Shown here piece by piece: positions 38,049 to 51,909 of a stretch of DNA of 64,000 bases (its first letter is position 1; every line of letters starts with the position of its first letter). The stretch is from contig OZ024745.1 in the NCBI GenBank assembly GCA_964016885.1, forward strand, positions 60,512,001 through 60,576,000. The letters run 5' to 3'. The notes beneath the pieces are model-generated. The model worked only from the letters and a program-made list of their open reading frames with translations, did not search any database and was not told the origin of the DNA. Made by a program: the position numbers and the translations under genes. Source of the DNA: Eledone cirrhosa. Taxonomy: Eukaryota.

Positions 38049-41000
38049 TGTATGTCTAGGAGTATACACTTTCACATGTTCCAATCGATGGGCTGAGGCC
38101 CTTCAGGGGCTCCACCATTGTTGCTACACCTATAGTCATCCTTCCTTAATTTGCCATTGATGCATGCGGAGGGAGCCGGGTACACACTGTCACTCATTTG
38201 TGTTTCTTGTAGTTCAGTAAGCTCAGAAGGGAAATTAAACAGCAAAATGTTGAGATGCTTCAGGAAAACATCAATGTTCTCCCCATGTAAATCTATCAGA
38301 TTTTTGGCAGCATATTATAGAGCTGGGGCCTATGAACCCTAAGTTATTGCAGTATCTAGTCCTTACAGGAGTCACTCCTGCAGATGGCTATCTTTATCCC
38401 GATAGAAGATATTAACAGTTTTTGTTACTTAGGTGATATAAGCTGCAATAAAGGAGGATACTCTGAAAGTGTTGGACCAAATAGAAACAGGCTTCTTATT
38501 CAGAGTGAAGAGTGGATTACATGTGAACCACAATGTTACATGGCAGTAAGACATGGGCCTTGAGTGCTGAATGATCTGTAGAGATAAGAATGAAGAGAGT
38601 ACGCTCCAGTAAAAGTGTAATATTAGTGTGTATGTATGGCATAACATAAGCAAGTTGAGAGAAAGATTCTGTATAAGATACATCCAATGCAGTGTGCTAG
38701 AGAAAAGACTAAGACAATATGGACATGTGACTTATATGGAAGATGACATCTGTATAAAGAAATGCAGAGAAATCTCAGTGAATCGGGCTCATGGAAGAGG
38801 TAAACTTAGGAAGACATAGTTTGAATAATAATTCTTATGATAAAGGATCATGAGAATTGGTGACATGAGGTACTGGAGAAGACTCAACTATAAGTATAAA
38901 AACGAGACTGACCCACATCCCCTAACTGTTGCTCTTAAGAAACAACTCCCACTTTACGCACAAACACTCCTGCTACTCCCCCTCCAATCAAACTCAATCA
39001 CATCCACAACATACTTTCTTCACCTCTTCTCTCCCTCACATCACTTAACCCCCAATAACATCAAATCTGTCACTATTTCTTGTCACCTAAGACACACCTA
39101 TCCCCTATCCTATTCCAAGTCTACAGCACAAAGTAGAGAGAGCACTTCAGTTAAGTATATAACTGACAACTTCCCTAGTGCTCGAGACATGATAAAATAC
39201 ATCCAGCACTCTTTGTAAAGTGGTTTGTTTAAGAAAGGGCTTCTAACCATTGAAATCGTGCCAAAGAGAATTCAGAAGACCCTCTGGTCACAACACAGCA
39301 ACTTCTTTAGAGAGGAAATGTAGGAGAGATCAGTAGCTCTGCTTAACCCTTTAGCATTTACATTACTCTATATTTACTATTGTATTTTCACAGTAAAGGC
39401 TTTACCTCACATAATATCTAAGCTATGTGATTTTGATGTTATTTATTTTGAGAACAAAACCTTATTAATATTGGTATGAGTGGCCAGTTATGGCTGGTTT
39501 GAACAGCCATGATGATGATGATGAATGTTAAACAAGCATTGGCTTCAGCATGAAGGCCCCTGAAGTATTATCACCAAATAGTAGTGGACTACAACCCAGA
39601 AACAAACATTTTTCTTCTTCTCTAGAGATAAAGTGGAGAATGGAATTCTTTTCCACAGAAGTTTTGTTTCATCTACCTTAAATACAAGCCATGGAGGATA
39701 TTTGCCATGCTCAATGATACTGTGAAGAACCTGGGAAAATTCTTTTGCTGTCTCAGCATCTGCCTTTGCAGCTTCATTAGACAGCATTATATAAGTTATG
39801 CCATTGTTTAATTCTTAAAAACCACACTCTGCAATTTATGATTTCATCCTCTTATCTCCTTGTAAATACCTGAAGATGTTCCATAGTTTTACATTACAAG
39901 TTGACTTAGTGACCTGTTGCATTACATTTCATCAACCACTCATATATCAAGTATACCTTCATTTATTATTATTGTTAATATTATACGTTCTGAGTTCAAA
40001 TCTCACTAAGGTTAGCTTTACCTTTCATCTTTACTGGGTCGACAAAATAAAGTACCAGTAATGCACTGGGGTCGATATAATCGACTTTCCCCTCCACGAA
40101 ATTGTTGGCCATGTGCCTAAATCAGAAATCATTATTATCATTAGTATGCTGTTCTATAGAAGGTTAGTGGTGGATAAAAGTGACAAGGTTCTTGGGGAAA
40201 CTCTGGATATTGATGAAAATCAACTAGTCCCACTTTTCCCAGAGGACTTTTGGTCCAGAGCCCATGGATAATTTCCAAAAATCTTTAGCTTGGCAGTGCT
40301 ATCAAGGAGCTTTGCCAGTTCAAGATAAACTCTACAAGCATGGAAGTGCTGTCAGCTGAGCTTGCTGAGATGCATACAGGGCAACAAAACCATTCTGCAA
40401 GCACTTGTTCAGTATCTCAGCATTGCTGACCTGTGGGTTTATGTCGAACACCTGTTGTTATGTGTAGGATAAATTCAGCTATCAGGTGAGTCTATTGTGA
40501 AGAACGCCTAGATGCCTTCTTTTAGCTAAGAAGGGTAGGATGTTTTTATCTGTCTGGTGACCATGGCGAAAAAGGTATGCTGGACATGTCTGAAAGGGTT
40601 AAAGACAAGCTCTTTCCTCTTCAGCAAAGCCCTGATTAACTTTTTACATTTTCACTTGAAGAGGAAAACCAGGGTAGATAGGGAAGTGCTGCCTCTAACC
40701 AATTTCATGAAAGAGGTGAGTATGACACGAGCGAATGGGCCCGCTCTGAATATGCACCTGTATATTGGAGGACAACAACTGTGATAGGGCACTCGCCCTA
40801 GAGATCAGGGCACATGTGGTTCTATGTGTTTTGTTTTTTCCATGAGCAGCCCTTGAACGTCTCCTCCCAATTGAGGAATTTCCATTAAAATTTTTAATGT
40901 TACCTTTCTTTTATTATTGTTAAACCTGTTTACAAGCAAAACCTACACACTGATTTTATCCTCTGTCGTTTTAATGTTTTTTCTTAATGTAACGTTTTAA

Positions 41001-41900
41001 TATTTTTTCTTAATGTAAACCCTTTGTGGTGAACAAAGAAATCATTATTAATAATAATTTAAACCTTGAATGAGTCCTTTATTCTTATGTTAACAATAAG
41101 CTCGTCATGGCAGAAGCTTTTAATTTGTCTGCATATTTTAATTGTTGATGTGGACAAGTTTAAAGACTTACCCACATACGTTTGGTGTTAACCAACAGAC
41201 AATCGACTCAACATTTGCAGTCAGTGTGATGTTTTCTCAGCACCTTCGATGAATTAACAGGACTTATAGTTCTCGACTGTTTTCCACTCATGATCGATAA
41301 ACAAATCTGTGAACAATTTACAAATATGTGTGAGTATACATAAGTATGGATCATAACTTTCTTACATATTAGCAAACAATTATTATAATGAAGTAGCGTT
41401 ATCCGACTTAAACGTTTGTTTTAAAAAAGAGCTACAGTGAACCGGAGCTAACCAGTGTATTACTGTAAATATACAAGCATTGTTGAAAGTGGTAAAGCTT
41501 TTAGCGACAGGAGGTCATAATATAATTCTCATTTCAAGTTGCGAAAAGCATGAACGTCACAGCATCATATTTCCCATTCTTTTTCGTTCCAAATCAAACG
41601 AAATCAATACTTGTAACTATTAATAACTGTTCATTTAAACCTACAAATAGTTATAGCGAATAAATCGAATATTTTTAATCTATCGTGTTAAATTTTCTTT
41701 AAAATATTATTCTAGCCTAAACATTAGTCCTCTGTTACTTCATATTCTTGTATCAAATTACATATACTGCACTAAACACTGCATTTAACAGTAAATTTAC
41801 GTGTATGATTTATACATATGCCATCTGGAAATATAGCGACTATCAACAGTACAGAAGTCACCGGGAGTTATCTCCTCTTCGTCTGTAGAATTTTTTCTTA
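37665..41900 (+). repeat. Segmental duplication block A, copy 2
   Basis: Paralog of 7748-11845. Confidence 0.93.
39545..39905 (-). mobile_element. pogo/Tigger transposase fragment
   Basis: EAAKADAETAKEF...YPPWLVFKVDETKLLWKRIP; present only in copy 2 of the duplication. Confidence 0.75.
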
Positions 41901-42309
41901 ACATGCTAGAATTTTTTTTCCATATGCTGACGTGTTTGTGTGTATGTGCATATGCATACATTTATATGTATGAGTATAGTTTTCAACTAGCAATAACCAC
42001 GCCTCGGATAACCCTCATTGGCTGTGGTACCGCCTCGTGCAAACACAGACACGCTTATATAAACACACACTCAGAGACATACATTCACACAAATACACAT
42101 ACATACTTCTGTCGAAGTGTTTGCAATAATATGACTATCCATATACATCAGAATAGAAACAAAACCTTCACGGTTTTCACCATTCCCTTTCTTCCTTTTG
42201 CACACACATACATGCACGCAGGCAACAGACGTAAAGAGAGTAGTATGAGGTAGTCAAACTACTCATCTCTCTTTACGTGTTGTGACAGAATCGCAGAAAT
42301 ATATATATA

Positions 42310-42930
42310 TCATCATCTTTTAACGTCCATTTTCCACGCTAGCATGGGTTAGACGGGGTCATCCCATTTGAGGCAAGTTGGGTCAGGTAACCGTGTCTTA
42401 CTCACACATGACTGTTTCTATGGCTAGACGCTCTTCCCAACGCCAACCGCATTTACAGTGTGTGGTGGGTGCTTTTAGTCCTGACTCCTACACGTCCACT
42501 TTACAGTGTGGGCTGGGTGCTTTTTGTCATGACACCTACACGACTACTTTTCAGTATGGGCTGGATATGTTTTGTTCACAGTGTAAGGGTGGTGTGGACA
42601 AGAGTGGGTAGGTGGGGGTATAGTGGTTAGGAGGTGTATTTTTGAGTGTGTGCATGGAAAGGTGTGTCTTCTGTATTACTGCGAAACGCCAAAGATCTCA
42701 ATCCTGTGTTATTGTCTTTGAGAAGTTCAGTTGTGCAAGGTCAGATTTTATCACCTCTTCCCAGATCTTCCTACTCCAAGGCTTCCACCAATTTTGATCG
42801 CCCTGCACTTTTTTATACAGCTGTCATTCTTCATACACATCACATGACCATACCAACACAATCTCCTCTCTAGTATACTGCATCTGATCCCTCTTTTACC
42901 TAATTTCTCTCTTAGTTCATTTACACTTTT
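42310..42930 (-). mobile_element. Decayed RTE 3' end
   Basis: RRLCWYGHVMCM...GRSGKR plus the family 3' UTR. Confidence 0.8.
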
Positions 42931-43129
42931 CAGATACAGAGAGATGTAATATCCTGACTGCAGTACCAAGTGATTTCGGCATGTGTGTTTAGCAAACCTT
43001 TTCAAAGCTTGAAAATGCTTGCCTGAACACACAAGCCGAAACCGCTTGGTGCTGCAGTCTCTTATATCCACTCTCACCCCATGCATTGAGTACTCCCATG
43101 ATTACTGGTATCCTCGCTCTCATATATAT

Positions 43130-43500
43130 CATCATCATTTTACGTCCGCTTTTCCCTGCTTATGAGGGTGGGACGGGAACTGATTCTGGCTTGATTTCTA
43201 CAGCTGGATGCCCTTCCAAACACTCATTTACAGTGAGTGCTGGGTGCTTTTTTCTCCGTGGCGCCTACACGTCCACTTTACAGTGTGGGCTGGGTGCTTT
43301 TTTGCCATGGCACCTCCACGACCATTTTTCAGTGGAATGATAGGGACCCCAGTCCTATCATCTCATTTCTACAGCTGAGTAAACCGGAGCAATGTGAAAT
43401 AAAGTGTCTTGCTCAAGGAAACAACACATCGCCCGGTCCGAAAATTGAACTCACAACCTTTCGATTGCAAGCCCAATGCTCTAACCACTAAGCCATGCGC
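43130..43500 (-). mobile_element. tRNA/CORE-like SINE
   Basis: Same family as 3086-3391. Confidence 0.88.
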
Positions 43501-43502
43501 CA

Positions 43503-43536
<34 letters not shown>

Positions 43537-45239
43537 TACTCAGTTTGTGGATTATTAATTGTTGCCAAATGATAATTAGTTTAGTGCTAGACTTCTAACT
43601 TATACAGTACTAAATAATGGAAGGAAAAGGATATTTTTAGCACTACTACATTGTCTGCAATATGTATAAAATGTGGCAATTATATATAGTGTAGCATGAA
43701 GTAAACAGTTTTTGTAGCATAAATGCTATACTATAAAGATTGATGTCATTTCTGGTGATATTTTACAGAGAAAATAACTCCTAATATTGGAGGTGGTATT
43801 TTTTAAAATTTTGTGCTGATATTCTTCATACGACTGCACAATATACCTCAGCATTTGAATTGATTTCAAACTTAGGTATAAGACCAAAATTGTGGGAAAG
43901 CAAAGTTGATAACATCAACCCCAGTACTTGACTGACCTTTTGTTTTATTGACTCTGGAAGGTTGAAAGACAAAGTCAACCCTGGTGGAATTTGAATGTAG
44001 AATATATAGAGACAGAACAGATACAGCAATGGTTTACCAATCCCTAGTAATACTAAGTGCAAACATTACAGCATCTCAAAATGGATTTCTTCCAGTAGCA
44101 TTATTTGTAACAAATTTGGCATTAGAAAGGGCATCCAGCCATAGAAACCAAGCCAAAATCAGTTCTGTGAGTGAAACATGGACCTCCAACCTGATCTTTC
44201 ACAAAGGGACAGCCCATCCTAAGCATGCTGTAGAAAATGGAGATGTTAAATGATGATGATGATGAAATGTATCCCCAACTGTTCAGTATTAATAGAGTTG
44301 GTCAATTCAAGCAAACTGATTCTATTATACTGGAATTCACCTTATTATATCACTATCATTTAAATTTATTGATTCTAAGACATCTGATTCCTTTACATGT
44401 TTGAAAACATTTTCTACAAAATAAAATTTAATGTTTTTAAGATAAATTTCCCTGGTATGTGTTCATCACATTATCTTGGACATCAACTTTTTTTATATTT
44501 TTCTCACAAACCTATATTATGATTAGGATTTTTTTTTTATCTTCAGTGTTAATATTAGAACCAAGAGGATTTATTCTGCTTGTTGGCACTGGTAATTTAT
44601 TGTCTTTTTTTGTTATTTAGTCAAAAGTGGAAAGATCTGTAAATAACTTAGTTTTATCCTCAGTTTGATTCAAACAGTTCATTAACTTTTTGAACATGCT
44701 CTGAAGTTGTATGTAAAAATAACAGGATAATGCATAGCCTGATAATCACAATACATTTCATATAACACATGAGTAATAAAACTTATACATTTATGTTTAC
44801 AGTAAAATTGTAATTCAAGGTACTAATTAAAAATTCTATCAGCAAGTTTTATTGATAACCATTCGGTTTCATAATTGTTCAAGTTTTCAATGGTCCTAAT
44901 ATATATATATATAGTACGTTATTCCGGGTTGAATCGGAGGTAACCACAGTAAGTAAGGTACTCAATACATTGCAGAGTATAAAAGTTTTAATATAGATGA
45001 GATTCTACAGGACTAGAACTGTTTGATTTCTAAAGAATGAAACAGTTCTAGTCCTGTAGAATCTCATCTATATCTATATATATATATATATATATGGTTA
45101 TTAGGTGAGTAACCTGTGGTTACAGGGGGCGACACAGGGCAAAGCACTCGATGCGTGTACGGGGTTAGTCTCTCGTTGGGTTGTGCTCCAGGTTTAAAGC
45201 AGCTGTAGTTTGTAGAGTGTATATATAGAATGACAATAA

Positions 45240-45732
45240 GGAGTCAGATTTGCAGCTTTCAAATTTTCTCACAAACCTGTTGCGGTTCATGCCCAGCTCA
45301 CTTGCGATCAATCGTACACTCAGCCGACGATTACCATGCACCACCTGTCTCACGCGCTCAACGTTGACTTCAGTCCTGCCTTCTGCTCCTGGGGGTTGTC
45401 TTTCACCTCCTTGCGTCCCTCTTTGAACTTTTTGTGCCACTCGAAAACCAGTGTGCGTGGCATCGTCTCATCTCCGTACACTTTCTGCAGCATTATGTGT
45501 GCCTCTGACGGAGTTTTCCCCAGCCGGACCAAAAACTGCAGGTTGGTTCGTTGCTCTGTGTCCATCACTTGACTGCTTAAAATTGAGAGGAACGCGAAAA
45601 AACAGTGCTGAGAACGCAGATATATATTATACCGGATATTACGTCACACGGTGACCAAACTTGCTAATCCCTACCCCCATTCATAGCTCACACAGCACAC
45701 TAAGACCTGTTACTTTTCTGACACAATTCGTA
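45240..45732 (-). mobile_element. mariner transposon 5' part (TIR + HTH domain)
   Basis: TA-CGAATTGTGTCAGAAAAGT end; EQRTNLQFLVRLGKTPSEAHIMLQKVYGDETMPRTLVFEWHKKFKEGR; then NVERVRQVVHGNRRLSVRLIASELG after a frameshift. Confidence 0.85.
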
Positions 45733-47679
45733 TTTAAACAAATAAATATCCTTTAGCAAGGGTCAAAAACATAGTATGTAGTTTGCAGAATGTAACATAC
45801 AAAACAAGTTTGGCAGTTCATAACGTAAACAATTATAGATTACGCGCGAGCGTCGTAGAAGACACATCAACAGTGCGACCACCTTTCACAAATATGGTAG
45901 CCGAAATACAACAACTGTGTTTCTTGTCTATATGTTTCCTGTGTAAGCTACTAGAATTTCTAACGGAAACATGCCCAATATACCCAGATCCTAAAGGAAT
46001 AACATTTGGTTATATTCTACCGTAAGAATTATGTTTGAATGACACTTCTGGCATATAATATTACTATAAATATGTTCTGTTGTCTACTCTAAAAATTCTG
46101 TATAGACTTCGATCAAACCCGAAGTTTAAGCTTTTCGTTGGTATGCTTACGTTTTGTCTGCTAAAATTTCGAAGAATAGTAATATCTGAAACATTTTCTT
46201 TTTTTTTGTAAAATCATGCATTTAAACGAGAATATATGTCAGATACGAATGGTTTAATTGCAACTAACAAACTATTTATATATACAGATCCGCTAACAGT
46301 TTTCAGTCGATAAAAATATCCTCTTTATATTTTGCTATAAAGTTGACATTCTTTTATCAAACACATAAGACAATTGTATTTTTGATGATATTTCTCTAGT
46401 AAATGGTCACAGGATTGTTATTGCTTAGTTTAAATCAGTTTTATGGATTAGAAATCAAGTCTGTACACCTCACATTTACCGCAGCACCCATGATGTGGGT
46501 AGGAGAGAAAGAGTCACTTCGTGTGGCGTCCCAAATGAGACATTTGCCTCTTAACCAGGGATAGAAGGTAAGACCATCTGGTCTCTTCCCATCAATCCTG
46601 GATAATAATTCACTGAACTAACTAAAGTATTTAACTAAGTTCTAGAAACAATTTTTATATCATATTTACAAACATATCACATTCTTTATATTTTGGTTCG
46701 ATACCTATCTTCTCTGGATCCAGCAATATCTATACACTACATGTGTCCAAATACTGAAATTTATTTCATACTAGGAGTGGAACCCGGCGTTGCACGGGAT
46801 AAGGTATTTTGGAACGCGGGCCGCCAACAGACCTAATCGTGGAAAAACTGCATGCCTGGATAATATGTAAAGAAAATAAACCTAATACTCTGATGGCTGA
46901 ATAATCTTTAAGATTTTCCTTGATGAAGCAGGAAAAATGCAGGTTTTCACCTAATGCGGGCCCTAGGGGCTCAATTAAATGAATTTTTTTATGTGCATAA
47001 TATGCGGGAAAAATCGGCTAAACGTAACGCCTCCAAAAAGCCCTAAAAAGCTGAAAAAATGAAGTTTTTCACCTAATGCGGGCCCTAGGCCATAAACAAG
47101 TTGGATTTTCTTTGCTCACGGTATGAAGAAGAGACTGACTAATATATAGTTACAATTTCAAGGAAATCGGTCTGACGTAACGCCTCAAAAAACCCCTAAA
47201 AAGCTTAAAAAACGCAGTTTTTCACCTAATGCGGTGATAAAAAAAAGTTGAATTTTTTTTATGTGCATAACACTCCCTGAAACATAAGTAATACACATGT
47301 AAAGTTTGAAAAAAATCGGTTGGGTACTTCTCGAGTTTTAGGGATTCAAACTCACACACACACACAGAGACAGACATCCTCAGGTAAGTGACGTAATGCA
47401 GACATACAGACATACAGACAGATATTATAAGGGCGCGACGTTATATGTATGTATCTATCTAAAAAGAGAAAGACTTGGAATTATAGTGCGAGATCGCTAA
47501 ATCGCCTAATGCGGTCCCTAGGGCATTGAAAATTTAAATTTTTTTGCTCAGAACACACCCTGAAACATAAGTATTAGATGTGTAAAGTTTGAAAGCGGTC
47601 GGTTTGGTGGTTCTCGAGTTTTAGGGATTCGAACTCACACACACACACAGACAGACATCCTCAGTTTTATATATATAGA
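45731..47679 (+). repeat. Duplication block B: copy of H1 5' UTR, promoter, upstream DNA and Helitron
   Basis: 45731-46468 matches 25882-26640, 46630-46730 matches 27170-27275, and the Helitron is shared. Confidence 0.9.
46771..47679 (-). mobile_element. Non-autonomous Helitron-like element, copy 2
   Basis: 5' TC(TA)n; 3' hairpin CCCGTGCAACGCCGGG then CTAG. Confidence 0.75.
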
Positions 47680-47753
47680 CTAGCAGAAAACCGCCTACCG
47701 TGTGGTTTTCTGCTAGTATATATATTACACACACAGAAATGTATATATATTTC

Positions 47754-47792
<39 letters not shown>

Positions 47793-48165
47793 CACACACA
47801 GAAATGTATATATATTTCTGTGTGTATATATATATATTTCTGTGTGTGTATATATATATATATTACACACACACAGAAATGTATATATGTTTCTGTAGCA
47901 CTCCTAAATTTCCCTCTCTCCCTCCCGCTATCCCCCTCTCGTAGTCTGTCTCTTTCTTTCACTCTCACTCTCTCTCTACGCGTGCGCAAAAAACATTCGC
48001 ACGCGTGGACGTGTTTCCACTGTCGGACAGACAGACAGAGAAATTGCTGGTTATATATTATAAGAAGATTAAAGCAAAGACAGGACTTCTGATTTATTAA
48101 TGTGACAGATATTGCATGTCGCAATGTTCATTAATGACACACACACAACCTCATTCTCTCGTATA

Positions 48166-48199
<34 letters not shown>

Positions 48200-48200
<1 letters not shown>

Positions 48201-48890
48201 TAATAGGGGACTAACTAGAAGGGAAGACTATGAATGTAGAAGATGCACAGGAGTAATCAGGGGGAATAGCGTTATGAATATAAATCTTTTTCAATCACAA
48301 TAAAGATCCATAGAAGTGGTTGATAGCTTGTGTTATCTGGATGACCTAATTAGCAGAGGAGGAGGATGCTCTGAGAGCATAATAACTAGAATAAGGATAG
48401 GGTAGAAGAAGTTTAGGGAGCTACTACCACTCTTAACAACAAAAGGTTTTTCACTACGTACAAAAGGACGCCTGTGTACGAAGTGCAATGCTGCATGGTA
48501 GTGAAACATGGGCAGTGACTGCAGAGGACATGCATAGACTGGAGAGAAATGAAGCAACCATGCTTTATTGAATGTGCAACATAAATGTGAGAGAAAGGCA
48601 GAGTATAGATGAACTGAGGGAGAAGCTGGGTTTAAGAAGAATCAGAGAAGGCATGCAACAGAAAACTGCATTGGTACGGATCACATGGAAGAAATGGCAG
48701 GAAATGCCAGTTGTTGGAAGCTGCAGTAGAGGTAGGCCAAGGAAGAGGTGATTTCAAATTGCAGAAACTCACAGAGGGGATGACGAAAAAATATGGCAAG
48801 AGAAGAGACACTATGCTGAAAAGAACCCATCCAACTCCTGCAAGTGTAGAAAAACGGATGTAAGAATGGTGATGATGATGATGATGATGA
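48200..48890 (+). mobile_element. Decayed RTE 3' part
   Basis: Degenerate GGGCSES...KFRELLPLL...HGSETW and (GAT)n tail. Confidence 0.75.
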
Positions 48891-49002
48891 TACACACATA
48901 TATATATATTGTATGTATATATATATATTGTATGCATGTATATATATATTGTATGTATGTATATATATATACATATATTGTATGTATATATATATTTTGT
49001 AT

Positions 49003-51425
49003 CATTAACTGCTACAAGGGTAAAGGGGATGCTCTAGATAGGGGAAACTATAGAGGCATTAAGTTAGTTGACCAGGTCATAAAGGTCACAGAAAGAGTTA
49101 TAGCGCAACTAATCAGAGAGCGAATTGATCTAGATGAAATGCAGTTTTGGTTTGTGTCAGGTAAAAGTACCACAGACACTCTTTTCCTTGTACGACAACT
49201 ACAGGAGAAGTACCTAGCTAAAAGTAAACCCCTCTACTTAGCTTTTGTAGACCTGGAGAAAGACTGACAGAGTCCCCCGCTCCATTATCTGGTGGGCTCT
49301 TAGAAAACTAGGTGAAGATGAATGGCTTGTGAGAGCTATACAAGCTATGTATAAAGAAACAGTCAGTAAGGTTAGAATTAACAATGAATATTTTGAAGAA
49401 TTTGGTGTAAAAGTTGGTGTTCATCAAGGCTCTGTCCTTATGCCCCTCCCATTTATTATTGCCCTTCAGGCTATAACAGAGGAGTTCAAGACCGGCTGCC
49501 CATGGGAACTCCTATAAGCAAATGATCTAACGCTCATAGCTGAATCAATGGCTGAAATAGAGAAGAAATTCCAAACATGGAAGCACGGCCTAAAATCAAA
49601 AGGCCTTAAAGTTAACTTGCCTAAGACTAAAGTTCTAGTTTGTAGAAAAGAAAATAGGGCACAGGTGCCCTCAGGGAAATGGCCATGCTCAGTGTGTAGG
49701 AAAGGAGTAGGCAGAAATTCCATTTTATGTCCCAAATGCAAAGTATGGGTACATAAAAGATGTAGTGGGAGCACAGGTAAACTATCTAAGAACGTAGACT
49801 TTATATGTGGCCGATGCTCAGGTGCAATAAGTAGCAAGTGTCGACAGGATACTAGCTCCTATTGCCCAGATGGTTCTATGGAAATAGTAGACACTTTCCG
49901 TTACCTGGGTGATGAAATCAGCAGTGGTGGAGGGTGTTCTGAAAGTACAGTAGTCAGAGTCAGAATGGGATGGAAAAGGTTCAGAGAGCTTATACCGCTG
50001 TTGGGCACAAATGGTTTCACTCTAAAAATGAAAGGCAGATTGTATGATGCCTGTATACGAACAGCAATGCTACATGGCAGTGAGACATGGGCACTATGTG
50101 CAGTGGACCTGCGCAGACTGGAAAGGAACGAAGCACGCATGCTCCGTTGGATGTGTAATAGTAATATACATGAACGGCAAAGCATAAATGAACTAAGTGA
50201 GAAATTAGGAATAAGAGGGATCAGATGCTGTTTACTTGAGAGAAGACTACGTTGGGATGGCCACGTGATACGCATGAAAGACGACAGCTGTATAAAAAAG
50301 GGCAGGGCGATCAAAATTGATGGTAGTTACGGAGTAGGTAGACCCAGAAAAACCTGGGATGATCTGATAAATTCCGCCTTACACACTTGCACCTCTCTAA
50401 GACAATATCACTGGACTGACATCTTTGGTGCTACGCAGTAATACAGAAGACCCGCCTTGCCTATGTACAAAGCGAAACCTACAGTCAGTAGGCACCTCTT
50501 AACCAAATATACACCCCAATCCACTACCCCTACCCTATCCTCCCATTCCCACCAACACCACCGTCTCTCTGTAAAGTTGGTACCACAACATCCAGTCCAA
50601 ATAAATGAAATAATGAGATCGAGATCGTGTAGGTGTCACAACAAAAAAACACACAGTCCACGCTGTAATGTGGTCGTGTAGGTAACATGGTAAAAAGTTC
50701 CTAGTTCTACACTGTAAATGTGGTTGGTGTTAGGTAGGGCATCCAGCCGTAGAAAACCTGCCAGATAGTCCTATATGAGTGAGACACTGTCACCCGACCT
50801 ACCTTGGACAACTCCCGTCTAATCCATGCTAGTGTGGAAGATGCCCTCATCTTAGTGTGGCAACTACAAGAGAATTTCCTAGCAAAAAATAAACCACTAT
50901 ATTTAGATTTTTTTTATCCAGATAAGGTCTTCGACAGAGTAACCTGATCTGTTCTCTGGTGGCCCTTAAGGTATTTAGGTGTAGAAGAATGGCTTGTGAG
51001 AGCAGTGCAAGCTATGTACAAAGGAGCTCTCAGTAAAGTGAGGGTAGGAAATGAGTTTAGCAAGAAATTCAAGGTATAGGTAGAAGTTCATTAAGGTTCA
51101 GTTCTTAGTCCACTGCTGTTCATCATAGTTCTTCAGGCCATAATAGAGGAGTTTAAAATGGGCTCCCATGGGAACTTATCTATGCAGATGATTTGGTCCT
51201 TATAGCTGAAACCAAAAAAGAGCTAGAAAATAAATTCCGATTATGAAAATTGAGAATTTGGAATGAGAACTCTGAAAGTAAACTTAACCAAAATTAAAGT
51301 GCTAGTGAGTAGGAGAGAAAATAGGAGCCAGTTTCCCTCAGGGAAGTGGCCACGCAGAAAAGGAGTAGGCATAAACTCCATTCAATGTACACAATGTAAA
51401 TCTTGGGTACACAAAAGATGTCTAT
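49003..51425 (+). mobile_element. Degenerate RTE LINE pieces (RT + Cys-rich finger)
   Basis: ORFs at 48866, 49329, 49548 and 51263 with AFVDLEK, GVHQGS and GKWPCSVCRKG. Confidence 0.85.
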
Positions 51426-51739
51426 ATATACAGATGGATATATATATATGTGTGTATATATATATATATACATATTTGTGAAGGTGCATGGCTCAGTGGT
51501 TAGAGAATAGAATTTGCAATGCTGCGTTTGTGATTTCAATTCCCGGACTGGGCAATGCGTTATGTCCTTGAGCAAGACACTTTATTTCATGTTACTCCTT
51601 CTACCTGGATTTGCGACTGATAGATAGTATTAGCAATTGGAAAGACCAATGGAAACATTGTTTCCTCGATCCGATTTGACGAGCTTCTCCCAACTCGTTA
51701 AGTGAATGAGGTCCGGGATCTTGTCAATTGACTGTCGAA

Positions 51740-51783
<44 letters not shown>

Positions 51784-51789
51784 TATTAT

Positions 51790-51834
<45 letters not shown>

Positions 51835-51875
51835 TATTATTATATATATATATATATATATAATATATATATTAT

Positions 51876-51907
<32 letters not shown>

Positions 51908-51909
51908 AC

